From Rebecca billardiae RCC1528 (taxonomy: Eukaryota > Protista > Haptophyta), in contig OZ251224.1 of the NCBI GenBank assembly GCA_965240325.2, forward strand, positions 4,278,001 to 4,342,000: DNA of 64,000 bases. The letters run 5' to 3'. The position numbers and the translations under genes were made by a program. The notes under the pieces were generated by a model, which was not told where the DNA came from, did not search any database, and saw only the letters and a list, made by a program, of their open reading frames with translations. Numbering within the stretch: position 1 is the first letter of the stretch; each line of letters begins with the position of its first letter. Shown in pieces: positions 46,352-56,843 of the stretch.

Positions 46352-47332
46352 TCACCGCAACTTCCTCGCGCTCAGCCCGTACGCGCGCGGCGCGAGCTTC
46401 ACCGAGTCGAAGCCCGCCTCCCTCAGCCGGCTCGTGACCCCCTTGAAGAGCTGCCCGCTCGCCTTGCTCTCCGGATCACCGATGTAGTGGAAGAGGCAGC
46501 CCGCCGGCCGCAGCACGCGGTGCAGCTCCCTGTAGAAGGTGAGCGAGTACAGGTCGCCGGCGATCGCGTTCACCGGCGGGTCGTGCACGACCGCCGAGAA
46601 GCCGCCCGCCGGGAGCGTGGGGAGCAGCTCGGTGGCGTCTCCCACGAGGCGCTCGACGCGCTCGCTCTCGAACAGCTCGCGCGACCACGGGTTCCGCCGC
46701 TGCATCTCGACCATCGCCGGGTCGAGCTCGATGGTCGTCACGCGCTCGACGTGCGGCAGCCGCGCGAGCGCGATCGCCGTGTACCCCAGGCCGGTGCAGA
46801 TGTCGAGCACGCGCCCGCTCGCGCGGCCTTCGCCGAGGGCGCGCACCTTCTCCTCCGTGTCGCGCACCGGGTCCGTGCCCTTCATCCGGTGCATGTTGAA
46901 CCCGGCGAGCACCGCCGTCGGGCAGCCGTCGCCCACAGGCAGCAGCTTGGCGTGCCGGCGCGTCAGATCGGAGAATGCCTGGATCAGGTCCGGCTCGTAG
47001 CCGGGCTCGCACTCCCACGCGCCCTCCTTCTTGGAGGCGGCGATCTCGTCAAGCTCGTCGAACGTCACGCACGGCAACGGCAGCTGCGGGTCGTCCGGCA
47101 GCCCGATGCCCGTCGGGAGCACCACGAGCTGCGGCTGCGCGTGCGCGCCGAGGTCGACAGTGAACGGGCCGTCGACGAGCACGGGCTCCGGCCCCGCGCG
47201 GGCTCGGAGCTGGCTCAGCGCGCGCGCCTCAGACTTGCAGAGCACGAGCATGCGCGCCCGTGCTGGGCTGAGCGTGGCGAGCACACCGAGCACAACGAGC
47301 GTTCCACGCGCCACGTGGACGCGTGCCGCCAT
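46352..47332 (-). CDS. COG2521-like SAM-dependent methyltransferase with signal-peptide leader
   Basis: GFNMHRMKGTDP, VLDICTGLGYTAI, RNPWSRELF, VHDPP...AGDLYS..FYRELHRVL, LFHYIGDP; intronless. Confidence 0.85.
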   Translation of the reverse strand: MAARVHVARGTLVVLGVLATLSPARARMLVLCKSEARALSQLRARAGPEPVLVDGPFTVDLGAHAQPQLVVLPTGIGLPDDPQLPLPCVTFDELDEIAASKKEGAWECEPGYEPDLIQAFSDLTRRHAKLLPVGDGCPTAVLAGFNMHRMKGTDPVRDTEEKVRALGEGRASGRVLDICTGLGYTAIALARLPHVERVTTIELDPAMVEMQRRNPWSRELFESERVERLVGDATELLPTLPAGGFSAVVHDPPVNAIAGDLYSLTFYRELHRVLRPAGCLFHYIGDPESKASGQLFKGVTSRLREAGFDSVKLAPRAYGLSARKLR

Positions 47333-47444
47333 CGTTGCCGACAGACGGTTTGTCGCACTCGGCCGCCCGGAGGCCCTTCCGTGGACGTCGCAAATTTGGG
47401 GCGATGGCCGACTTATACGCCGCTTCGCCGCGCGGGCCGGCAAC

Positions 47445-48401
47445 ATGGCGACGACGATGGCGCTGCGCCTCTTCGGCAGTGTCGTCGGCAGCCTCCCCGC
47501 GCATCCGCACGCGGGTCAGTACCGGCTGCTGGACTCGGGGGGGCTGCGCCGGCTCGAGTCGTTCGACGGCATCGCGATCAGCCGCCCGTGCCCCTCGGCG
47601 ACCTGGGCGCCCGGCCTGCCGGCCGAGCGCTGGCAGCAGGCGCAGCTCGAGTTTGACGCGGCGACGGGCGCGTGGTCGGGGCCGGCCCTGGGTGAGCTGG
47701 ACGTCGATGAGGGCGGCTGGCATCTGGGCGGGCCGGGCTTTGTGCTCGCCCTCCGACCGCGCGCCTCCGGCCAGCTCGGCGCCTTCCCCGAGCAGCGTGA
47801 GAACTGGGAGTGGCTGCGCGCCGTGTGCGGCGCGGCCGACACGGAGCTGCGAGTCCTCAACGCGTTCGCGCACACCGGCGGGAGCTCGCTGGCGTGCGCC
47901 GCCAGCGGGCAGGTGGACGTGACGCACCTGGACGGCTCGAAGCCCGCCATCACGCAGGCGCGCATGAACCAGGAGCTCTCCCGCCTCTCCCACGCCACGC
48001 TGCGCTGGGTGTGCGAGGATGCGATGACGTACCTCGTGCGAGCCGCGCGGCACGGCCACGTCTTCGACGGGCTCATCCTCGACCCGCCCGCGTTCGGGCG
48101 CGGGGGCAAGCGAGGGAAGGACTGGCGCATCGACCGCGACTTCCCGCGCCTCCTCCAGCTCCTGCCGGACCTCCTCTCCGAGCAGCCCTCGTTCGTGCTC
48201 CTCACCGCGCACGACGCCGAGCTGGGGCCGGAGGCGCTGCGAGACGCGCTGGCCCGAGTGCTGGCTGCCGCGCGCGCAGACGGCGGCGAGGTGGAGCATG
48301 GCGAGCTGGTGCTGCGCGCCGACGAGCCGGGGGGCGTCGACCTGCGCATGGGCGCCTTTGCGCGATGGAGCCGTGTGCCCGACGCTGCCGCCGCGCGCTG
48401 A
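47445..48401 (+). CDS. RlmI/YwbD-like (COG1092) SAM-dependent methyltransferase
   Basis: YRLLDSGGLRRLESF, GQLGAFPEQRENWEWL, VLNAFAHTGGSSLA, HLDGSK, LILDPPAFGRG; intronless. Confidence 0.85.
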   Translation: MATTMALRLFGSVVGSLPAHPHAGQYRLLDSGGLRRLESFDGIAISRPCPSATWAPGLPAERWQQAQLEFDAATGAWSGPALGELDVDEGGWHLGGPGFVLALRPRASGQLGAFPEQRENWEWLRAVCGAADTELRVLNAFAHTGGSSLACAASGQVDVTHLDGSKPAITQARMNQELSRLSHATLRWVCEDAMTYLVRAARHGHVFDGLILDPPAFGRGGKRGKDWRIDRDFPRLLQLLPDLLSEQPSFVLLTAHDAELGPEALRDALARVLAAARADGGEVEHGELVLRADEPGGVDLRMGAFARWSRVPDAAAAR

Positions 48402-49676
48402 CCGGGCTCGTCGATCAGATCAGCAGCCGCGGCACGAAGCAGCGGCGCTGGCGGCCGCGCCCGCAGGCTGTGCGGCTGGCCCCGCTCTCTGGTGCAACAC
48501 TGCGACGGGCGGGCTGCGGCCCGCCGTCGCAGCCTGGCCGCGCCGCGTGACACCGTCGTGCGGCTCGTCATCTCGCGAGCCCGGCGGCGCGGCTCAGTAC
48601 TACCGTGCCACTCAGCTGTCAGCAGTCAGACTCGTCAAGCGCGCGGCCGCCGTTTCGGCGTTTGACCATATATATGCGCGGCGCGCGGTGGTAGTTAGTC
48701 AGAACGTAGCTGCGCTATTATATTGCTGATGATGCGCTGATCGCGGGGCCTCGTCGGCGGCTGGCTCCGACGTTAGTCACGTACTGCGCACTGCCTGCTG
48801 GCAGCAGGCTCACAGGCTCGGCACTAGACTCTTAGTATTGGGTAAACGCGAGCTCCGAGCGTCCCGAGCCCTGCTAAAAGCTCACCGGCGCGTCCTCGGG
48901 CGCGTCGTCGATGTTGACCACGAGAGGCAACCCCCGCCTGGTGCGGCGCCGGCCCTGACGTCCCAGCGGCGACGCCATCTGCTGAGATGCGCGCCCCACG
49001 GGCTGCGTCAGCTCAACACTTAGCTATAGGCTCTGGCTTCACGGTATTATAAATCGATTCGGATTTATTCGGTTATTGACCCGGCTGCCAGAGACGGGCA
49101 CTGTGAGCTCCTTCCTGAAGTCACTCGTGAAAACTGCACAGGAGGACCTCATTGTGGATGCCTAGCTCTAGATGATCGATGCTGATGACTTCAGTCAGTA
49201 AGCGATATTGGGCCAACAAGCACTTCCTCTATAGTTCAGACTCTATTTTACTATATATAGGTATTTACCCATTTCAGACGGCTCTGACTAGTCGTCTGCC
49301 AGTCTGGCCGACTGGCGGCAGAACACGCGGCCCCGCGACCGAGCTCGATAGTATACTGCATTGGCCGCCAACTCTTGAACTAGCCGGGCAGCCGGCGCCG
49401 TACCGGCGGGCCACTGCACCGGACGACATATATATGCCGAATAATCAACAGACTCATCGGCTGCTCATCCCGCGCATCGCCATCATCATCGCCCTCGGGT
49501 CACAGTCTGAGCGCGTGACACACGTACAACTAGTGACGGAGATGATCCCGCCCACCGCCATGCGCATGCGTAGGCACGGCAGGGAGCTGCACTCGCGTTG
49601 AGGCGGCTTGGCGTCCGCCGGTGCTGTGGCAGCGTGCACGCCCGTGCGCCAGCAGGCATCGGAGGCGGGGCGTCCC

Positions 49677-51713
49677 TCAGAAGACGAACGGAATGAACTG
49701 ATACGGCACCGTCTTGCAGTAGCGCTCCCAGTCCTTGCCATACTTCTTGGCGCACCGCTCCGCGTCGCGCATCGCTCGGTGCATCAGGTGCGTGAAGAAG
49801 AAGGCGAAGTACATGAACGGGATCCACGAGCCGAACCTGCCGCGCACGGGCGGGCGGGAGGCGCGCGCGCGCACCGGCCGGCCGGCCGATCGAGTGAGGG
49901 AGGGGCTGCGCGCTGCGCGCTGCGGCAGGGCTGCTCGCTGGGCTGCTCGCTGGCGCCGCGCGCCCGGCGTCTGCGCGCGCCGGGCCGGCGCGCGGCTCGC
50001 TCGGCGCGCACCCGCAGATCAGCCCCCAGCACAACGACATGACCAGATCCGCGCAGTAGTGGATCTTGCGCGCGTACGCCCACCAGCCGCTGATGAGCAG
50101 CAGGGAGCCGCGCTCCGTCTTGATGTACTTGGGAGCCTTGAGCGTCTGCCACGGCAACTGGGGAAAGGCAAACGGCCGCGCGACGTACGTGCCTGCCAGG
50201 TGGGCGGGATGGGGCGGGCGGGCGCGGGCGCGGGCGGATGTGGGTGTGGCGGGGTTGGGTGGCGCGGGGATGGCGCGCCCCGCGCGCGGCGCGCGGCGCA
50301 CGCGCCATGGCCCGCCACCCGCTCGTGCCGTGCCGTGCGCCCGCGGCTCTGAGCGCCCGCGCTCGCGCGCGCGCGCACCAGACTGCTGCATTCGGAAATG
50401 ATTCTTCTGCGAGTTTGCCGTGTCCCAGACGTAGTACGCGAAGATGAGCGTGCCGTACAGCGTCGCGGTGTACCACGACGAGTGCTCGATCGGGCCGGCC
50501 ACCTTGGCCAGGTACACCGACTGGAAGCAGTACACGAAGGGCACACCTGCAGCGCGCACAGGCACGGCCGGCCGAAAAGAGCGGCGCCGGCCACACGGCC
50601 CGGCCGCGCGTCTGAGCCGCACCGCCACCTCCGCCGCACGGCGGCTGGGCTTGCGCGGCGCGGCGCACCCGCAAAGTTCCAGAAGATCAGCATCCAGCCG
50701 TTCTTCTCGTAGAAGATGTCCCACGTGGACGGGATGCACTCCTGGCGCGCAACGAGCGGCGCGGGGCGAGCGACGGCCGAGGGCGGCCGGGCGTGCGGCG
50801 GGCGGTGCTTGAGCTGTGCGCGCCGCCACGCCGCGCCGCCCGTCGTGGCGCGTGGCCCGCCCCGCGCGCACGCGCGGCCCGCCCCGCGCCCCGCCTCGCG
50901 CGCGCGCCCTCGCACCTCGCCCTTCATGCACGCGTTCGTGTACAGCCCGTGCGCCAGGCAGAGGAACAGGATCGGGTACGAAACGGAGCCGTGCTGCTCA
51001 AACATGTACGCGGCGCACGAGGTGGTGAGGAAGAAGAGGAGCATCCACGAGATGCGGATCTCGGCGAACATCTTGAGGTCGAGCGAGCCGATCCGCGGGT
51101 TGAGGCACGCGCCCATGAAGAAGTCGTACAGCACGTTGCCGCTCATGCGGTACTGCTTGCCCATCGCGATCGTGATCACGTACGTCAAGATGGCAATCAC
51201 GTTGCCCGAGATCACGGAGACGGACAGCAGCGGGCCGTAGTGGTGCATCAGCGTGGACCAGGGGAAGAGGCCGCTCCACTGGAGGTAGATCCACAGCGCC
51301 AGCGTGATGTACCACGCGAGCAGCGCGTTGCAGTTGTACTCCAGCTGCTTGCCGCCCTCGTGCTCGAGCGGCAGCCCTTTCATCACCACGCCCGGGCACA
51401 CGTACTGCAGCAGCGCCTCGAAGAGCACGAAGCCCCAGTACATCTTGAAGGCGTAGGCAGTCGGGAACGCGCCCTCCCATATGTGCCCTGCCAATCTCCG
51501 CGCGAACGGCAATAGATCGCTCAGCCCGCTCGGGTACGCGACGCCGCCGTCGTAGTACGTGAGGCAGATCCAGCAGTAGTACACGAGGCAGTGCGAGAAG
51601 ATCATGATGCCGACGACGCCCCACGGGCCGCCGAACTCCCACTCCTCGGTGTGCTGCTTCTGCCGCTTGGCTGGCGCCCCATTCTTCGCCCCATTCTTCG
51701 CGTCCGAGCTCAT
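49677..51713 (-). CDS. ERG4: Delta24(24(1))-sterol reductase, ERG4/ERG24 family, 5 exons
   Basis: EFGGPWG, YDFFMGACLNPRIG.LDLKMFAEIR, NACMKGE|ECIPSTWDIFYEKNGWMLIFWNFAG|VPF, ANSQKNHFR, LLISGWWAYARKIHY, HRAMRDAERCAKKYG. Introns ~50915-50742, 50668-50547, 50378-50193, 50011-49837. Confidence 0.9.
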
Positions 51714-51874
51714 CTGCGCGAGCGCGTGGTCGACGAGCTTCGCGAAAGCGGAATGAGCGCGATGGATTCGTCCACTACCCCCATAGTCCCATACGGTTCT
51801 CACCAGCACGATCGAAATATTCGGCCCGGACCATCACGGTTCAGCGCAGTTCCGGTGGGCACATCTTGCCGACT

Positions 51875-52935
51875 GAGGCCACTTCACCGAAATCCAGGTT
51901 GGGGAGGATCTCCGCTGCACTGGTGGGGAGGATGTCATCCTCCCCGCTCGCCACGGCTGGGGAGGATGTCCGCCGCGCTGTCCGGTCTTTCGCCGCTGAC
52001 AAAACTTTCGAAAACGAAAGTCGCGCCATGGCGGACCCGGTGTTCCCGCCCGGCGGCGAAAGGGGCGCGGGGCCGGTGGCTCGCGATCCGAAGGGCAGTA
52101 GCTCGCGACCTCGCTTGGGCGGTGGCAGCGGCGCTGTGGCACGGCGTGTACCATCCGCGCGGCTGTGCGCGATCGCGCGGTCCCGTTCGTCGCCACGCCG
52201 CGCGCGACCGTTCACGCCACAGTCTTTCCGCACTGGCATGCACCCGTTGCAAGCGCATGACGGCGGAGAGCTCAGAGAGCCCGTCACGCGCGTGACGACC
52301 GTGTGGGATGGGTTGTACAGCTTGTCTTCATGTTCAGGGAGGCACGCGCCGGCCCATGAGGCGGGCATGAGGATCATGGACGGCTGCTGTACTGTCCACA
52401 ACTCCATGGCCGTGTGGCTTTCAGCAGTTAGGAATGGTCTGAACGTTGGATGGGCTCATCAGAAAGCCTACGAAGGGCAGCCTTCATATCGGCACAACCC
52501 ATCCCACACGGTCGTCACGCGCGTGACGGGCTCTCTGAGCTCTCCGCCGTCATGCGCTTGCAACGGGTGCATGCCAGTGCGGAAAGACTGTGGCGTGAAC
52601 GGTCGCGCGCGGCGTGGCGACGAACGGGACCGCGCGATCGCGCACAGCCGCGCGGATGGTACACGCCGTGCCACAGCGCCGCTGCCACCGCCCAAGCGAG
52701 GTCGCGAGCTACTGCCCTTCGGATCGCGAGCCACCGGCCCCGCGCCCCTTTCGCCGCCGGGCGGGAACACCGGGTCCGCCATGGCGCGACTTTCGTTTTC
52801 GAAAGTTTTGTCAGCGGCGAAAGACCGGACAGCGCGGCGGACATCCTCCCCAGCCGTGGCGAGCGGGGAGGATGACATCCTCCCCACCAGTGCAGCGGAG
52901 ATCCTCCCCAACCTGGATTTCGGTGAAGTGGCCTC
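51875..52935. mobile_element. Foldback/long-TIR non-autonomous element (1061 bp)
   Basis: 442-bp arms at 51875-52316 and 52494-52935 are reverse complements, with a 177-bp spacer. Termini GAG...CTC; 5-bp TSD CGACT on both sides. Confidence 0.92.
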
Positions 52936-53217
52936 CGACTACGAGATCGGCCGTCGCGACGAGATTTTATTGATGAGCCCGACGACAAGCGACGACAAAT
53001 GATGGCCGCAAAAATACTCCGGGCGCCATCGTGGTTCCGTCCCCTCGCCTTTTGTCGCGCGCGCGCGGCTGCAGAGGGAAAAAGCAACGCCGGCGAATTT
53101 GAAATTAAAGGCGGGCAATCATTGCCCGTCAACCCGAAGCTTTGGGCAGCCGTGCGTGCTCGGCGGTGTGGGCAGGCAGCAGCCTTCGGGGGCGGCGCGC
53201 TGGCCGTCCGTGCGAGC

Positions 53218-55896
53218 ATGTGGGCCGGTCGAGCGCGAGGAGGCGGCTCGGGCGCGCGCGCGTGCGCGCTCGTGCTACTGTGCTCGCTCGCCGCGTCTTC
53301 GGCGTGGAACGTCGAGCTGCACGCCAGGCACGCGTCGCTCGTGCGGCCGGCGGCGAGGCGAGGGCCGCGTATCCAGCTGGACAGCACGGGCTCGGTGCTG
53401 AGCGAGGACTCGCACGCGGTGGAGGACGTCGAGGCGCAGGAGGGCCTCCCGCACGAGCCCGACGCGATCGACGCGGCGGCGGGCACCGCCGCGGTCACGG
53501 GCGCGCGCGTCGCGAGGCGCGACGAGGCGGTCGAGCTGTCGTGGGAGCGGCTGTCGATGCAGTTCTCCGTGCTGCCGAGGATGCTGCTCTCCCGGCCGAA
53601 GCGCGGGTCGAAGGCGGCGGCCATGCTGCCCGAGACCGACGGCCTCGGCGTGCCCGGCCTGCTCATGGTCAAGCGCACCTCCAGAATATGGGCGTTCCTC
53701 TCGCGCATGATTGTGCGGATGACGCTCGGCGCCAAGCTCTCGGAGAAGGACCAGACCAACCTGGCGAAGGAGTGCACGCAGGGGCTGATCGCGCTCGGCC
53801 CGACGTTCATCAAGCTCGGCCAGCTCCTCTCCACCCGCGTCGACGTGATGCCCCCCGCGTACATCGACGAGCTCGCCACGCTGCAGGACAACTGCCCTCC
53901 CTTCCCGCTCTCCGAGGTGAAGGCGATCATCGACGAGGACCTCGGCCCGGGCAAGTTCGTGCAGTTCGACGAGAAGCCGCTCGCCGCGGCGTCGCTCGGG
54001 CAGGTGCACCTCGCGACCACCGCCGAGGGCGAGCGCGTCGCCGTCAAGGTGCAGCGCCCCGGGCTGCGCGAGCTCTTCTCAGTCGACCTGAAGAACCTGC
54101 AGGTGCTGAGCGAGGTCGCGATGAGCCTCGACCGCACGCCCGACCGCGTGCTGCGCGACTGGCGCGAGATCTTCGCGCAGAACGCGCGGATCATCTACGA
54201 GGAGATCGACTACGAGCGCGAGGCGCGCAACGCGCAGCAGTTCGCCGAGAACTTCGCCGACGTGCCGTGGCTGCGCGTGCCGCGCGTGTACACAAACTAC
54301 TCGAGCGCGCGCGTGCTCACGATGGAATACGTGCCCGGCGTCAAGATCAACGCGGTGGCGGAGATCGACAAGCTGGGGCTCGACCGGAAGAAGCTCGCGT
54401 CGTACGCGGCGGAGGTGCGACCGCGCGACGCGCGACGCGCCGCGACGCGCCGCCGCCGCCGCCTCGCTCACGCGCGCGGCCGCCCGCCGCCCGCCGCCCG
54501 CCGCGCGCGCCGCGCCGCGCCGCGCCGCTTGCCCTCCTGTCTGTGGCGCTTGCCCTCCTGTCTGTGTTGGTGTGCGCTTTGTGCCGCACTGCCGCAGTCG
54601 TACTTGATCCAGCTGCTGCGCTTCGGCTTCTTCCACTGCGACCCGCACCCGGGCAACGTGGCGTGCGAGGCGGTGCCCTCGGAGGGCGGCGGCCAGCCCG
54701 AGCCGCGCATCATCCTGTACGACTACGGCATGATGGGCCAGCTGAGCGCCGAGCTCAAGGCGGGGCTGGTCAAGGGCTTCTTTGCCGTCTACGAGAAGGA
54801 CCACGTCGCGCTGGCGGACGCGCTGTACGAGGCGGAGCTGCTCGGACGGGACACGGACAGGCGCGCGCTCTCACGCACGCGCGCACACACCGCGCGCTCC
54901 GCCCACACACACGCACACACACACGCACGCACACACGCCCACGCGCGCACACACACGCCCACACGCGCGCACACACACACGCGCACACACACACGCACAC
55001 ACACACACGCACACGCGCACACACACGCACACACGCACACACGCAGGCTCTCCGTGGAGATCATCGCAAAGTACTTCTGCGACACGTTCGCCAAGCGGTT
55101 CGCGCTCGAGCGCAAGTCGCTGCCCGCCGACAAGGGCACGCGCGCGCGCATGCGCATCGCCGCGATGCAGTCGATCGGCCAAGAGCTCGCGGCGATCGGC
55201 GGCGAGCGGCCGTTCCGCTACCCGGAGGCGTTCCCGTTCATCCTGCGCGCGTTCACTGCGCTCGAGGGGATCGGCAAGTCGCTGGACGACGAGTACGACG
55301 TGTACCGCGTCGCGCGGCGGTACATCCCGCAGCTCGTCGACCTGAAGGACGGCAACGCGGCGCTCACCGCGGTGAAGGCCGTGCAGAAGAAGTGCGCGCC
55401 GCATCGCCGCACCGCCGCACCGCCGCACCCGAGCCGAGCGCGCGCCCCCGCGCCGGCCGCGTCGGCACCGCTCACTCGGCGCCGCGCCGCGCGCGCTCAC
55501 GCGCGCCGCGCCCTCCCGCCTGCGTGCAGGCTCGGCCTCACGGGCGAGGACCTGGCCGGCCTCGTCCTCTTCCCGCGCAAAATCACCGGGCTGCAGAAAT
55601 TCACCAAGCGGCTCGAGAGCGGCGAGCTCAAGCTGCGCGTGCGCGCGCTCGAGGTGGAGCGCGCGCTCTTCCGCGCGCTGCTGCTCAACAAGGCGTCCGC
55701 GTACGGCATCGGCGCGTGCGTGCTGATGAACGCCGGGCTGGCGCTGCACGTGATGGTCGGGAGGGTATTCGGGCTGCCGCAGCTCGTGGCGGGCGGCACC
55801 ATCTACTGCCTCGTGCGCGCGGCCATCTGCCTCGTCAAGCTGCAGAGAGTGCTGCGCGACGAGAGCAACCGCTACTACAACTCGTACATCGGCTGA
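53218..55896 (+). CDS. ABC1/UbiB atypical kinase (ABC1K7/K8-like), probably plastid-targeted, 4 exons
   Basis: [63 protein letters not shown]. Introns 54415-54597, 54861-55046 (GC donor), 55392-55529. Confidence 0.93.
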   Translation: MWAGRARGGGSGARACALVLLCSLAASSAWNVELHARHASLVRPAARRGPRIQLDSTGSVLSEDSHAVEDVEAQEGLPHEPDAIDAAAGTAAVTGARVARRDEAVELSWERLSMQFSVLPRMLLSRPKRGSKAAAMLPETDGLGVPGLLMVKRTSRIWAFLSRMIVRMTLGAKLSEKDQTNLAKECTQGLIALGPTFIKLGQLLSTRVDVMPPAYIDELATLQDNCPPFPLSEVKAIIDEDLGPGKFVQFDEKPLAAASLGQVHLATTAEGERVAVKVQRPGLRELFSVDLKNLQVLSEVAMSLDRTPDRVLRDWREIFAQNARIIYEEIDYEREARNAQQFAENFADVPWLRVPRVYTNYSSARVLTMEYVPGVKINAVAEIDKLGLDRKKLASYAAEVRPRDARRAATRRRRRLAHARGRPPPAARRARRAAPRRLPSCLWRLPSCLCWCALCAALPQSYLIQLLRFGFFHCDPHPGNVACEAVPSEGGGQPEPRIILYDYGMMGQLSAELKAGLVKGFFAVYEKDHVALADALYEAELLGRDTDRRALSRTRAHTARSAHTHAHTHARTHAHARTHTPTRAHTHTRTHTRTHTHAHAHTHAHTHTRRLSVEIIAKYFCDTFAKRFALERKSLPADKGTRARMRIAAMQSIGQELAAIGGERPFRYPEAFPFILRAFTALEGIGKSLDDEYDVYRVARRYIPQLVDLKDGNAALTAVKAVQKKCAPHRRTAAPPHPSRARAPAPAASAPLTRRRAARAHARRALPPACRLGLTGEDLAGLVLFPRKITGLQKFTKRLESGELKLRVRALEVERALFRALLLNKASAYGIGACVLMNAGLALHVMVGRVFGLPQLVAGGTIYCLVRAAICLVKLQRVLRDESNRYYNSYIG
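54880..55042. repeat. Imperfect (CA)n/(CACG)n microsatellite inside an ABC1K intron
   Basis: Direct observation. Confidence 0.85.
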
Positions 55897-56843
55897 CACT
55901 GCTGGACGCAAAACGCTGCATGCGCGAGCAGCCGACGCTGCGTGCGCACCGCGCAGGCGGCTGGAGTTTGGGGCTCGTCCTCAGATGATGACATATGTGG
56001 CGCCGATCGGATGTCATCGTGCCGCGCGCTGTGTTACTAGTGTCACAGTAGAGTGTGTAATAACGCCGATATGACATCATCAGTAAGTCGGCTGACGCCG
56101 GGACTGGCGCGAGTCGTTTATATATATATATACATTACTCGATCGTTATTTCCGCAGCCAGAATCCCAGATTCCCGACGAGCAGTACGGCCTGTTAGTAC
56201 GGTAGTGTACCGCGTGTCCGTGAGTACTCACTCGTAACACTGAGTAGGCCTTAGTCGGGCTGTCAGTGTCATCATAGCACCGTAGCAGCTAGCATCATCG
56301 GATCACATGGCCCTGAGTGCCACGCGCCACTGGCGGCCCACTGCGCCCACTGGCCACTGCCGAGGCCTCGGCTCACTTAGACACCGGAATAAGTCTAGTC
56401 GTATAGCACTGCTAATAGCAGGCCGGACTGCTAAGTGGCTATATATATGTCTATACTAATGTATATATATATACATATATACTAACTAAGTCTATGGTAG
56501 CAGATGAGTCTAGAGCAGCCGTAGTAGTATAGTAGCTAGTCTAGCTACTGCTATGACGACGACTACTCATCAGTTACTCAGCTCACTTCGGTGGCACCGC
56601 TCCGATCGGGACATGGCAGCGCCCGGTGCCGCGGGTCACAGTAGTTCAGTAGTCGGAAAGCGCGCTCGTCATCAGCAGTCACCACTGCGCTGCGAGCGCG
56701 CGAGGCGACGATGGCACATAAATAATATGCGCGGTGACGTGCCGCTGCTGCTGAGACGACGACGATTCTTGACGACGACAATGCGCCAACAATGATGCGC
56801 GATGGCCACGAGCGCCCACCATGCCGCCAGCGGCGCCGGTGGC

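Noticed and set aside
51866-53002. 378-aa ORF spanning the inverted repeat as a transposase
   Set aside because: Derived almost entirely from the two TIR arms; no DDE or DNA-binding motif is visible.
54870-55046. His/Thr-rich insertion in the ABC1 kinase protein
   Set aside because: Better explained as an in-frame GC-AG intron containing a CA microsatellite.
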